Assembly: GCA_963771465.1 (NCBI GenBank)
Contig: CAVYTU010000017.1
Location: 736,001-800,000, forward strand
Reading direction: 5' to 3'
Source of the DNA: an uncultured delta proteobacterium
GTDB taxonomy: Bacteria; Desulfobacterota; Binatia; UBA9968
Length of the DNA: 64,000 bases
Each line of letters opens with the position of its first letter. The first letter of the stretch is position 1. Below the pieces are notes generated by a model. It saw nothing but the letters and a program-made list of their open reading frames with translations, searched no databases and was not told the DNA's origin. The translations under genes were made by a program, and so were the position numbers. Positions 52,344 to 61,790 of the stretch are shown here, piece by piece.

Positions 52344-52456
52344 TATCCTTGGCGCAGGTTAACTGCCGAGGTTTCATTAGCCGAGAATAGATCACCGACC
52401 AAGCCCCGGGGAAAGTCGACTGTTTGATGTAGGCATCGTGGGCTTCGAAAGGAGAC

Positions 52457-53144
52457 ATGATGACGATTCAACAAACTCCCCAAGCCGACGAGTTCAAACA
52501 ACAACTGCGCGAATCGCTGCAGCGCGAGACCATGAATTCTCACGCCGTGAAGATCGCTCAGACACGACAACGTGTATTCCTGCGGCGATCAAGACGAGAC
52601 GGTTTATTTCATCGAGAGCGGGCAGATCAAACTGCTGATGGTCTCCACCGAGGGTAAAGAGTGTCTGTTGGCCATCCATAGCGGCGGCGATATTTTCGGT
52701 GAACTTTGCCTGTCGGGGTTGGGCGCGCGATTGGAGACCGCGACGGCGATGAAAGCAACGACTTTAAAACAGATACCGTGTTCACAGTTCTTTGCCCGTC
52801 TGAGCCACGACTCGCTGTATGAGGGGTTCGTGCGCTACCTGGCGGTGCGCATAGCCGACCAACAGCAGATCATCGCCAATCTCGTCACGGTCGATAGCGA
52901 GCAGCGGCTGGGCCAGACGTTGTTGCAGTTGGCCCGCACCATGGGCAAGAAGGATCCTCGCAGCATTCGCATCGAGCTCAAGATTACCCATGAAGAACTG
53001 TCCGAGATGGTCGGCACGACACGGCCGAGGATCAGCCTGTTCATGCAGCGGTTCCATAACCTTGGGCTGATCGAGACGAATAAGGACCATTTTCTCATCA
53101 TCAAAGAAACGAAACTCACCGATTACTTAGCGCACATTGCCTAG
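52457..53144 (+). pseudogene. Crp/Fnr-family transcriptional regulator with one-base insertion near 52559
   Basis: AAGGAG RBS and ATG at 52457. The cNMP-binding domain (VY.CGD..ETVYFIESGQIKL, GDIFGE) and HTH (ITHEELSEMVGTTRPRIS) are in the frame shifted by +1. Confidence 0.75.
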
Positions 53145-53279
53145 TGCTGCTGAGAGTCTAGGCGAGCCGCGCGATAGTTCTTTCTTGTTGGGTGCATCGC
53201 CGGTCAAAACATCGCGTGACGGCAGGGAAGTCAGGGGAACTCGACCTCTCTCTTCAAACTCCTATTTGCTAAGTCCCGT

Positions 53280-53314
53280 CGACCTTTTGGTCGGGCATCT
53301 CGACTGTTTCGTCG
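53280..53314. promoter_or_regulatory. Dyad operator/UAS copy 1
   Basis: CGAC-CTTTTG-GTCG-GGCATCT-CGAC-TGTTTC-GTCG. Confidence 0.75.
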
Positions 53315-53388
53315 TACCGTCCCAGTGTTTGCTTCCGTCACGCTAGATATTACCCAGCGATGTTAGCTGTCTTCCTGATTGCGAGCAC

Positions 53389-53404
53389 TGGCACATAAGC
53401 TGCT
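53389..53404 (+). promoter_or_regulatory. sigma54 promoter 1
   Basis: TGGCAC-ATAAG-CTGCT. Confidence 0.8.
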
Positions 53405-53448
53405 CTCATAGTGATTGAGAAAAGATATTAGAAAGAAGGTGCCTGACT

Positions 53449-53598
53449 ATGAGCCTGCTGTTGTTGATCGTATTAGTTCTGTTGCTGGTCGGCGGTTTGC
53501 CCAACTGGGGTTATCATAAGTATGGCTTTGCGCCCTCCGGTTTCGCCGGAACGGTGCTGCTCGTCGTGGTCATTTTGCTTTTGACCGGCCGGCTTTAA
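53449..53598 (+). CDS. DUF3309-family small membrane protein (49 aa)
   Basis: MSLLLLIVLVLLLVGGLPNWGYHKYGFAPSGFAGTVLLVVVILLLTGRL; GxLPxW...G..PSG...GR signature. Not in the ORF track. Confidence 0.88.
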   Translation: MSLLLLIVLVLLLVGGLPNWGYHKYGFAPSGFAGTVLLVVVILLLTGRL

Positions 53599-53706
53599 AG
53601 AGACCGCAGAGAATTTAAGGCACAGGGTTTCATTCCGGAGGTTACTAGAAATTCTTCGAGTAAGCCTGACTCGACCCTGCTAATCAGTACAACCGAGGAG
53701 GCTGCG

Positions 53707-53935
53707 ATGAAAAAATTAATGTTAGTGTTAGTGCTGTTGATCGGCGTCAGTCAAAGCGGCTGTGCATTCTTGGGCGGCGCGGCGGTAGGCAGCCTTGGGC
53801 ACTGGCGCGGGTTACGAAATCAATGCTAATAGCCAGATGGGCAAGTTGGAAAATGATTACAAAGCCGAGAGAATCTCTCGAAGTGAATACCTAGCTCGTA
53901 AATCGCAGATCGAAAAAGGCTCGATCATCTATTAG
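53707..53935 (+). pseudogene. Frameshifted copy of the 75-aa lipoprotein at 63681-63908
   Basis: Aligns end to end with 63681-63908 but is 229 nt rather than 228. An extra G at 53797-53799 gives a premature TAA at 53827-53829. Confidence 0.85.
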
Positions 53936-54120
53936 GAAACATCATTATTCTGTTCGATCGTATCGCTTCGGATTTAGTCCTAGACCCAAGACTCAATAGA
54001 CTCCCGAAGCGGATGGTTCAAAGAGCAAATAGGCGAATCGTCGCAGCACGGGAAGTTGAACGCTCGCGCTGCGACGATCTTGCGAGGTAGCCAAGGATCA
54101 GCTTAGAAAGGGATAGTATT

Positions 54121-54609
54121 ATGGCCTTTAGCAACGCCTGGTCGAACTGGTGGCGCGGTGTTCTCGGGCCTTCTCCTGATACAAATCAAAAGGTGATTGA
54201 GATCTTGTGCCAGCGGTACGTCGATGAGATGCAGCGAATCGAACGGTTTAAGCAGTATGCGGAGAAGATGCACTACCCGCAGTATCGCGACAAACTCCTG
54301 CGCATGGTGACGGAAAAAAGTCACCATGCCGAGCGGATTGGCGAGCGCATAGTCGCCGTCGGAGGTCTGATGCCGGACGTGGTCGACCAGCGCTCGACCG
54401 CACAAAACAGTTGGCGCTCTTTGTCGATGGCTCTCGACGAGGAGAGTCGCTCGGCCGACCGTCTGGAAGAGCAACTCCGGAGCATTCAATCCGAGCACGC
54501 CGACATCGCCCAATTCCTGCAACAGATTTCTCAAGAGCAAGAGAATCACCGTGTGGTAATCCGCGATATGATGATGCGCAGCGATCCGTTTGCGCTCTCG
54601 CTCGCTTAG
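54121..54609 (+). CDS. Ferritin-like four-helix-bundle protein
   Basis: Helical protein with DE...EKSHHAERIGERIVAVGG...DEE...EQENH pattern. Confidence 0.75.
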   Translation: MAFSNAWSNWWRGVLGPSPDTNQKVIEILCQRYVDEMQRIERFKQYAEKMHYPQYRDKLLRMVTEKSHHAERIGERIVAVGGLMPDVVDQRSTAQNSWRSLSMALDEESRSADRLEEQLRSIQSEHADIAQFLQQISQEQENHRVVIRDMMMRSDPFALSLA

Positions 54610-54714
54610 GACCAAGCTTAGCTCGCCCTCTCGAAGTACAACATTCGCAGAATCCAAAACGCATCGTTACACGTTTTCATCGCGGTGATTCAGTGAGATC
54701 TGAATGATCCAAAC

Positions 54715-54749
54715 CGACCCTTTGGTCGAGAGTCTCGACGCTTTCGACG
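54715..54749. promoter_or_regulatory. Dyad operator/UAS copy 2
   Basis: CGAC-CCTTTG-GTCG-AGAGTCT-CGAC-GCTTTC-GACG; core GTCGAGA-G-TCTCGAC is a perfect inverted repeat. Confidence 0.8.
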
Positions 54750-54823
54750 GAACTCTCTCCGCTTCTCGCTGCCAGACTATACAAAGCGATCGGATCACCT
54801 AGCTTTTTCCGCACTACAAGCCG

Positions 54824-54839
54824 TGGCACAGAGCTTGCG
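54824..54839 (+). promoter_or_regulatory. sigma54 promoter 2
   Basis: TGGCAC-AGAGC-TTGCG, near-perfect consensus. Confidence 0.85.
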
Positions 54840-54878
54840 CATTCTTAGTTCGATCGTCCCAAGAGACAAACTATCTAT

Positions 54879-55073
54879 ATGCTTGCAACCATTTTGATCG
54901 TCGTCATGATTTTGTTGCAGACAGGTGCGCTGTCACTGACTTTCATGATCGATCGACGATTTATTACCGCGGCGGTGAGGTCGAAACGTAAATCGGCTCA
55001 CTCAACAATACATAACCGGGAGCGGCCCAAAAGGCGCCGGTCTCGGAAACAGGGAGGTGCTTTATGCCTTTAG
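54879..55073 (+). CDS. Small ORF with DUF3309-like N-terminus (possibly degenerate)
   Basis: MLATILIVVMILLQTGALS followed by a basic tail without family resemblance; first ATG after sigma54 promoter 2. Confidence 0.4.
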   Translation: MLATILIVVMILLQTGALSLTFMIDRRFITAAVRSKRKSAHSTIHNRERPKRRRSRKQGGALCL

Positions 55074-55282
55074 TTCAACTCGTAGTCGTCCTGATCGTGG
55101 TTGGTGTTCTGCTCGGCCTGGTCAATCGCTACATACCGATGGCAGGATCGATCAAATCGATTCTCAATGGCGTTGTCGTCATCGGCGTAGTGCTGTGGCT
55201 GTTGAATGTTTTCGGGCTCATTAACTCGATCTCGGCGATCCGTGTGGGGAAGTTGTCTTGGCTCGGCGCCATCGGCGCATAG
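55064..55282 (+). CDS. Thivi_2564-like small membrane protein
   Basis: GGGAGG RBS; LIVVGVLLGLVNRYIPMAGSIKSILNGVVVI.VVLWLL.VFG, two TM helices. Confidence 0.8.
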   Translation: MPLVQLVVVLIVVGVLLGLVNRYIPMAGSIKSILNGVVVIGVVLWLLNVFGLINSISAIRVGKLSWLGAIGA

Positions 55283-55359
55283 TTGTGGCGAAGAGGACTC
55301 CCGAAGTTTCCAACCAGCCTGTAGTGTAACCGATAATCAGTGATCATGGAGTACCGTCT

Positions 55360-57930
55360 ATGTTGTATTGGTCACTGTTTTTTCTTTGTGTTACTCTAGC
55401 CGCGGGGCTACTAGGAATTGCTTTCACTGCGGCGCACGCGCGAAAAACTTTGCCGGCGCTCTATCCACACATTCGCTGGAACTGGGCGACTACTATTCCA
55501 ACTGGGTTCAGACGTTTGCGCGCGAGAGCACTGGCGGTGGCTCGCTTCACCAAACGACATTGGTGGCGAGGCATCCTTAATCTGGTAATTTGCACAACGC
55601 CGATAATAGCCGCTGTCGTGTCAATCGGAATTTATCGCGTCTATTTTGACCGCAAAGATTTGCCTGACATAGAAGCTTTCGTCCGCTTTGAATTTCCTAC
55701 CATCGGCACCGTCTACGATGCCAACGGCCAGCCGCTCATTGAACTGGCAAAAGAGTACCGCAAGATCACCCAGTATGAGGACATTCCGGCGATTGTTCGT
55801 GATGCCATCATCGCGACCGAAGACAAACACTTCTTCTCCCATAGCGGCGTTGATTATTCGGCATTTCCTCGCGTGCTGGGCAAAGTCAGGATTCGGGTTC
55901 TGGCGGCAGGGCTCACAGGTTTCGGCGGGCAAGACGAAGTTGAGAGCCCGGCGCTTCTGCCGCAAGGTGGATCGACGATCACTCAACAGCTCGTGCGCGG
56001 TCATTTTCTCAAAAACCTGACGGCGAATGAAAACAGCCACCAGCTCCAGCATGCCGGAATCGTACCGGGCGCGCTGTCTGCCGTGGTCGGCGGCCGGACC
56101 GTCAACATGCTGGTTCGCAAGCTGGAGGAGATGCGCCTCTCGTTGTGGCTCGAAAAAGCGATGGAGAATCGTTTCGGCTCGAAACGCAAGGCTAAGGAAG
56201 AGATTCTCGCCCGCTATGCCAGTTTCATTTACATGGGAAACAGCCAGTACGGGTTTGCCACCGCAGCGGAATATTATTTTGGCCGGCCGCTCGCCACTTT
56301 CACCGCCGATGACGCCGACAAGGCAGCGCTCCTCGCCGGCATCGCCAAGTCGCCGCGTTACTACGCTCCCACTGCGAAGGACAGCTCAAGGGTGTTGCGC
56401 CGCAGGAACCAAACCTTGGCGCTCATGGCAGGGAACGGTTTTATTTCTCGGGACACAAGGAGTGCAGCCGAACAGCGCCCAATTCAGGTGATCGCGCAGC
56501 GCAAAAGCAAGATGCTTGGGGCGCCCGCGGTCATGGATAATGTCCTTCAGGAACTCAAGCGCCGCGGCGACCTCGGCGTTGAGGATATTCTGCAAGGGCG
56601 TATCCAGGTTTACTCGACGGTGGATGTTCGCATGCAGCAACTGGCCAACCAGGCCCTGGAGCGCGGCCTCGAGCTCTACGAGCGGCGACACCCGAGTGCC
56701 AAAGGGATAGTCCAAGGTTCTGTGGTCGTGTTGAGGAACCGCGATGCGAGCATTCTCGCCGAGACGGGCGGCCGTCAGTTCTACAAGAACCGCTCCGCCG
56801 CATACAGCGACTTTAACCGCGTCACCAACTCCCTGCGGCAACCTGGATCAACGATGAAACCCATGGTTTATCTCGCTGCTTTTCGACAGGGAGGCTTTAA
56901 TCTTGAGACCGTGGTTCCCGACGAACCGATCGGTGTGCCGGACGGCGAGAAGCAGAATACGAAATGGATCTCGAACTACGATAAAACATTCAGAGGCATG
57001 ATTCCGCTCCGCGAGGCGCTCGCAGAATCCAGAAACGCCGTGGCGATTTGGCTCACGGGGGAGATCGGCATTGGCAGTGTTCTGGGCACGTCACGGAGTC
57101 TCGGGGTCAAGACGCGATTGCAGCCCTATGCGACGACGGGGTTGGGCGCGTCCGAAGTAAATTTGCTGGAGCTCGCCAATGCGTACCGCGCCATGGCATC
57201 GGGGATCTTCGCCGAGCCGTATGTGATCCGAAAAATCGTCCGCGATTCAGGCGAAGTGATGACCGAAAACGCAATGGAGCAGTCTGCGGTCAATATCAAC
57301 GACTCCGCGCTCGCGCTGATTCAGGAAGGCTTGCGCGGTGTGGTGCGTATGCCCAGCGGCACGGCCCATACGCTTAACTCTAACGTTTTCCCAATCGCGG
57401 TCATGGGCAAGACCGGGACGACAAACGAGTTCAGAGATGCGCTCTTTGTCGGCTCGACTTACGGCGCCGACGGCATCACCATCGCCGTCCGTGTCGGCTT
57501 CGACGATAACCGTTCGCTCGGAGCCAATGAAACCGGCGGTCGGCTGGCGTTGCCGGTTTTCAAAGAACTCATGCTCAACGTGTACCGCGAAAAGTTGGTC
57601 GGCGCCGCGCCCAAGTTTCCGCCGCAGATGGAGCAGAATATTAGCGATTATTTGGCGGGCGGCACCGTCGCAACGGGAGAGCCGTTAATCGAATTTAACC
57701 CTGTCAAATTTGCCAGTGCCCCTTTCGGTGCGTTTGACGGATCGCGGCGAAGCGTCTCAAGGACAGCCGTAGAAATATTTCAATCAAAATGTCTAAAATT
57801 GGACTGCGATCTATGTCAATTTGATCGACAATTCAAAAGTCTTCAAAAACTTATGGAAACTTTGAATAGACGGGATATCCTCCAGGAAGTTTCTAACCGA
57901 ATGCGGGTATTCCGGGTGGTATGTGGTTGA
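55360..57930 (+). CDS. Class A penicillin-binding protein (transglycosylase/transpeptidase)
   Basis: TG motifs EDKHFFSHSG, GGSTITQQL, RKLEE; TP motifs STMK, SRN, KTGT. Confidence 0.93.
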   Translation: MLYWSLFFLCVTLAAGLLGIAFTAAHARKTLPALYPHIRWNWATTIPTGFRRLRARALAVARFTKRHWWRGILNLVICTTPIIAAVVSIGIYRVYFDRKDLPDIEAFVRFEFPTIGTVYDANGQPLIELAKEYRKITQYEDIPAIVRDAIIATEDKHFFSHSGVDYSAFPRVLGKVRIRVLAAGLTGFGGQDEVESPALLPQGGSTITQQLVRGHFLKNLTANENSHQLQHAGIVPGALSAVVGGRTVNMLVRKLEEMRLSLWLEKAMENRFGSKRKAKEEILARYASFIYMGNSQYGFATAAEYYFGRPLATFTADDADKAALLAGIAKSPRYYAPTAKDSSRVLRRRNQTLALMAGNGFISRDTRSAAEQRPIQVIAQRKSKMLGAPAVMDNVLQELKRRGDLGVEDILQGRIQVYSTVDVRMQQLANQALERGLELYERRHPSAKGIVQGSVVVLRNRDASILAETGGRQFYKNRSAAYSDFNRVTNSLRQPGSTMKPMVYLAAFRQGGFNLETVVPDEPIGVPDGEKQNTKWISNYDKTFRGMIPLREALAESRNAVAIWLTGEIGIGSVLGTSRSLGVKTRLQPYATTGLGASEVNLLELANAYRAMASGIFAEPYVIRKIVRDSGEVMTENAMEQSAVNINDSALALIQEGLRGVVRMPSGTAHTLNSNVFPIAVMGKTGTTNEFRDALFVGSTYGADGITIAVRVGFDDNRSLGANETGGRLALPVFKELMLNVYREKLVGAAPKFPPQMEQNISDYLAGGTVATGEPLIEFNPVKFASAPFGAFDGSRRSVSRTAVEIFQSKCLKLDCDLCQFDRQFKSLQKLMETLNRRDILQEVSNRMRVFRVVCG

Positions 57931-57985
57931 ACCGTGTAGGTTAAGTACTGAAAACTTCCTCCTCTTTAATCCTAAGGAGAAAAAG

Positions 57986-58105
57986 ATGGGGGAGATTTCG
58001 ATCCCCGATGAGTGGCTCGACGACCCGCACCAACGGAGCACCATCGGTGAATCGCTTGCGACGACGATCGAAAATTGCAAGGACGCTATTCCTAAGCGCG
58101 TCTAA
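57986..58105 (+). CDS. Possible 39-aa small protein
   Basis: AAGGAG RBS before ATG; no recognisable motif. Confidence 0.3.
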   Translation: MGEISIPDEWLDDPHQRSTIGESLATTIENCKDAIPKRV

Positions 58106-58321
58106 GTTCTTCCCTTCATCCCGCCCTTGAGCTGTTCCGCGGCGGCGCGGCCGAGAACACGGCCTTAGATCGCCGCGGTTGGTTTGTCTTTCTCTCTCCC
58201 TTAGCCTCGCAATAGTTCTTTCGCGACCGTCCGGTATTGGACAGCATTCGATCCTGGTTACGTGCATGATGTGCGTCGAATAGCGCTTATCCAAAAAGCG
58301 CCATTTCAAAAGGAGTCTCAG

Positions 58322-60382
58322 ATGAAAACGGTAAAAGTTATTTTATTGGTGATGGCGGTACTTCTGCTGCCCAGATTCGCCGATGCATTAGACCTCGGTT
58401 CTGTGCGAATCAGCTTTTTGGAAGGCGATGTCCAGATGAGGACGACCGAGGCGGATGACTGGGTCCCTGCCGCGATTAACACACCTCTCGATGAAGGCGA
58501 CGAATTATGGGTGCCGGAGGGCGGCAGGATGGAGTTTCAGCTCAACACCGGGACTGCCGTGAGACTGGACCAGAATTCAGCGTTGCAGATACTGACTCTC
58601 GAGAGCAATTCTTCCCAGTTTTATCTAACTGAGGGGCATGTGTATGTGGATCATAATGCCCCGCGCGGTCATGTCCTCCAGTTCGACACCCCAGTATCAT
58701 CCCTGCGCGCCTATGACCGATCAGTTTTTAGAGTCGATGTCCCTGATCAGTATACCGATGTCTCGGTGTTTCGCGGTTCAGTAGACGCGGAAGGAAGCGA
58801 TGGCAGGACGCGGGTCAGCGCGGGCAGGACTCTGACACTCGGCGAGGGCAGAGAGGCGGAACTCTCGCCGGTCGGACGGGCCGATGCCTGGCAAAATTGG
58901 AATACTGAACGAGATCGGCGGTTCGCATTACGTGGAGACAGTTACCGATATCTCCCCGAAGAACTGCGAGTTTACTCCAGAGATTTGGATGACAATGGAA
59001 GGTGGATACAGGTTTCGGAATACGGTTACGTATGGACACCCCGCTCGGTCTCAACGGACTGGACGCCCTACCGAACCGGGAGGTGGATGTGGAGAGGCGG
59101 AGATTATGTATGGATAGGCTCTGAGCCCTGGGGATGGACACCGTATCATTACGGCAGATGGGCCCATGCTCCCCGAATCGGATGGTTTTGGGTTCCGCCC
59201 CAGCGGCGCCAAGTCTACTGGGGTCCCGGATACGTGGGGTGGGTTAAGACTCGCGATCACGTCGCTTGGGTGCCGCTGGCACCGCGGGAAGTGTACTACG
59301 GTTATGGCAACTACGGTCCGAACAGCGTGGACATTAGAAAGCGCAATGTAAGAGAGATCAACATAACCAACATCACCTACAAGAATGTGCAGGTGAACAA
59401 CAGCGTGACGGTCATCAATAATAATAGCTTCGTGAGCGGACGGCGCGATGTGGTCAATGTCAGAGAGAACCCGTTCTTGACCGAGAAGATAAACGTCGGC
59501 AGGCCGGACATAAAACCTGAAAAGGCGAGTTTTGCGCCGGTGGTAAAAACCATCGACCCCGCCAAGCTGCCGCCGCAGCAAGTCACCAAAATAGCGGTGA
59601 AAGATCTCAAACAAGAAAGGCGACTAGTCAAAGAGCAAAATCAGTCCGTGATCAACAAGGGTGAGCCGGTAAAATCCTTGGTCGTAAAGGCCGTGGCGCA
59701 ACCCAAGAGCCCAACGGAAAAAGTGCAAGAGCGTCAGCAGAAGGGCGCGAGCGCAGCAGCAGGAGAAACCCCTCGGGTGAAGAGTGAAGAAAAGTCTGCG
59801 AGCTCGAGCGCACCGCCTGCTGAGACCAAGGCAACAAAGGGCGGCAGTCCGTCAACCCCTCAACCGGCGGCGAAGCAAGCGGAGAGCGCTCGCGAAAAAG
59901 CGCAAGAGCCCCGGCAGACGCAGATGGAAAAGGGTAAGAGCGGTCCAGCAGTGGAAAGCCCCAGAGCCAAGGGAGAGGAAAAGTCCGCAGGCCCCGCCGC
60001 AACCACCGAGACAAAGGAGACTAAAGGCCGCAAGAGTCCTGCGCCAGTGTCTGAAACAAAACCTGAATCAACGGTCGAGCCGAGAGACAGAAAGTCGCCG
60101 CGGGCTGAAGAAAAGGCTGCAACCCCGGTCAAACCGGTCGAGACAATCGAGAGGAAAAGCGCAAAGCAATCAGGTCCTGACGACGGGCAAAAGTCAACGC
60201 CAAGTTCCGCTAAGGCCTCGAAGGCGAGCGATGAAACTAAAGGCAGCAAGCAAACCGTGGCGGAAAAAAAGGAATCAAGAGAAGAAAAGAAGGTCAAGAA
60301 AGAGGAACTCGACAGCAAGGGGAAATCCACTGAGACCAAAGAAGAGAAGATCGAGGAAAAACAGAAAACTCGCGATCAGTAG
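58322..60382 (+). CDS. Exported FecR-domain/DUF6600 protein with long low-complexity tail
   Basis: Signal peptide, RISFLEGDVQ...INTPL.EGD (FecR-like), Trp-rich WTPYRTGRW...EPWGWTPYHYGRW...WVPLAPRE, K/E/S/P-rich C-terminus. AAGGAG RBS. Confidence 0.85.
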   Translation: MKTVKVILLVMAVLLLPRFADALDLGSVRISFLEGDVQMRTTEADDWVPAAINTPLDEGDELWVPEGGRMEFQLNTGTAVRLDQNSALQILTLESNSSQFYLTEGHVYVDHNAPRGHVLQFDTPVSSLRAYDRSVFRVDVPDQYTDVSVFRGSVDAEGSDGRTRVSAGRTLTLGEGREAELSPVGRADAWQNWNTERDRRFALRGDSYRYLPEELRVYSRDLDDNGRWIQVSEYGYVWTPRSVSTDWTPYRTGRWMWRGGDYVWIGSEPWGWTPYHYGRWAHAPRIGWFWVPPQRRQVYWGPGYVGWVKTRDHVAWVPLAPREVYYGYGNYGPNSVDIRKRNVREINITNITYKNVQVNNSVTVINNNSFVSGRRDVVNVRENPFLTEKINVGRPDIKPEKASFAPVVKTIDPAKLPPQQVTKIAVKDLKQERRLVKEQNQSVINKGEPVKSLVVKAVAQPKSPTEKVQERQQKGASAAAGETPRVKSEEKSASSSAPPAETKATKGGSPSTPQPAAKQAESAREKAQEPRQTQMEKGKSGPAVESPRAKGEEKSAGPAATTETKETKGRKSPAPVSETKPESTVEPRDRKSPRAEEKAATPVKPVETIERKSAKQSGPDDGQKSTPSSAKASKASDETKGSKQTVAEKKESREEKKVKKEELDSKGKSTETKEEKIEEKQKTRDQ

Positions 60383-61435
60383 GACGTTAATAAAGAGGAT
60401 TAGTTGACGACCGCTCCGTTTTGCATAGCAAATTATTTCAAAAAGCTAATGACACCATCTGGCAGCAGAGAGAATGATTCAGAAGTTGTTCTCTCTGCCG
60501 CGCGGCAATTGACAAATGCCTGTCTCGACTTTGAGAGCAATTCGAGCAGTCCGCAAACAGGATTTAATTGCATGGTGCTGCCTTAATCACTGCGACCTAA
60601 TTTCACTAACTCCGCTCCGTCATAGCGCGCCGCAGGTGTCGCGGCTCCAGCGATAAATCTTATCCAGTTCGTCCAATTTTGGACAGAAACCCTCGTTGAC
60701 TCGGCTTAGGCTATTTCGAAATAGATGGAGGTGACCGATGGCTGCTGACAACCGCCGTGCCGAGGGTCGACGACCGCCACACCGAGGCAGAAGTGACCGC
60801 GAAAGTAATCCAGTATTGGGGGAGATTCGAGATGAGGAAAGCATCCCTTTGGGGAAAGAGCTGCCAAATCGAGAAACACGTGATTGGCAACGACGGCGCG
60901 GGCGATCGCATTTACAGCCGTTGGACACGCACAATTAGAGCCGGCGCCATTACCAGTGGAATGCTTGTAAAGCTCAGCAAAATTATTCTTTCCACTTTGG
61001 AGCTCGGTTTAAGCTTGCCCCAGCATAGCACGCTGTAAACGCGATAATGGTCGGTGGGGCAGAAAGATCGTTTTTGCGTTTCGAAGACGGCGCTAGCGTC
61101 GATTAGAACGATATCGCGATGAAAAGAGCAAGATTGCTATTGCATCTAATGATGGCACTGGGTCTTGGTGGGGAATGCTTTGCACTTTCAAACCGAGCCG
61201 CAGCCGCTGGCACGCTCCGGGAGGGACGTGGCGTGCACCCCGTGTACGAAAATGGTTCCAAAGCTCAGATTGTCGCCATAGCGGAAAAGAGTCATAGAGA
61301 CGAAAAAAATTGTCTCGCGCCGGTCCGATTAACGAGGACGAGGCGAAACGATTGAGGTTGATTTTTCTGCTCATGATGAGTCTGGGTCAATATCGGACCC
61401 TAACTCATTAGAACGCGGAAAAAATTCGAGCGATC

Positions 61436-61470
61436 CGACTGTTTAGTCGAAAGTCTCGACGCGATTGACG
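61436..61470. promoter_or_regulatory. Dyad operator/UAS copy 3
   Basis: CGAC-TGTTTA-GTCG-AAAGTCT-CGAC-GCGATT-GACG. Confidence 0.8.
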
Positions 61471-61545
61471 AGGTGCCTTGGCATTTCTCTTTTCCATTCC
61501 GAAAAATCCCGAGCTAAATCCGGCCGTCTCCGACATTTCAGCGTG

Positions 61546-61560
61546 CGGCACAACAGTTGC
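61546..61560 (+). promoter_or_regulatory. sigma54 promoter 3
   Basis: CGGCAC-AACAG-TTGC. Confidence 0.8.
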
Positions 61561-61613
61561 CCTAGAAAGTTTTATCGAGTCTGCGCTCGCCGCCGCGAAG
61601 GGAAGATGTGGTG

Positions 61614-61790
61614 ATGGACAAAATCATTCTGATTTTGCTGATCGGAATTTTCGGTTGGTGGATAGGAAACATGACGGGACAAGCTGCTTATGAGCCGGTA
61701 TTTGAAACCGACCCTAGCGAGATCGATATGATCTTCGGGATTGTCGGCGCTTCAGTCAGCGGTTACTTGTATGCGATTGTGCCCCGGTAG
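61614..61790 (+). CDS. Small membrane protein, divergent GlsB/YeaQ/YmgE-like
   Basis: Two hydrophobic segments; IGIFGWWIG...DMIFGIVGASVSGYL resembles the family motif. Start may be GTG 61608. Confidence 0.6.
   Translation: MDKIILILLIGIFGWWIGNMTGQAAYEPVFETDPSEIDMIFGIVGASVSGYLYAIVPR

Noticed and set aside
60738-61355. ORFs 60738-60938 (strong GGAGGTG RBS), 60757-61038 and 61119-61355
   Set aside because: No recognisable family or motif and overlapping alternative frames; possibly gene remnants, but not supportable as features.
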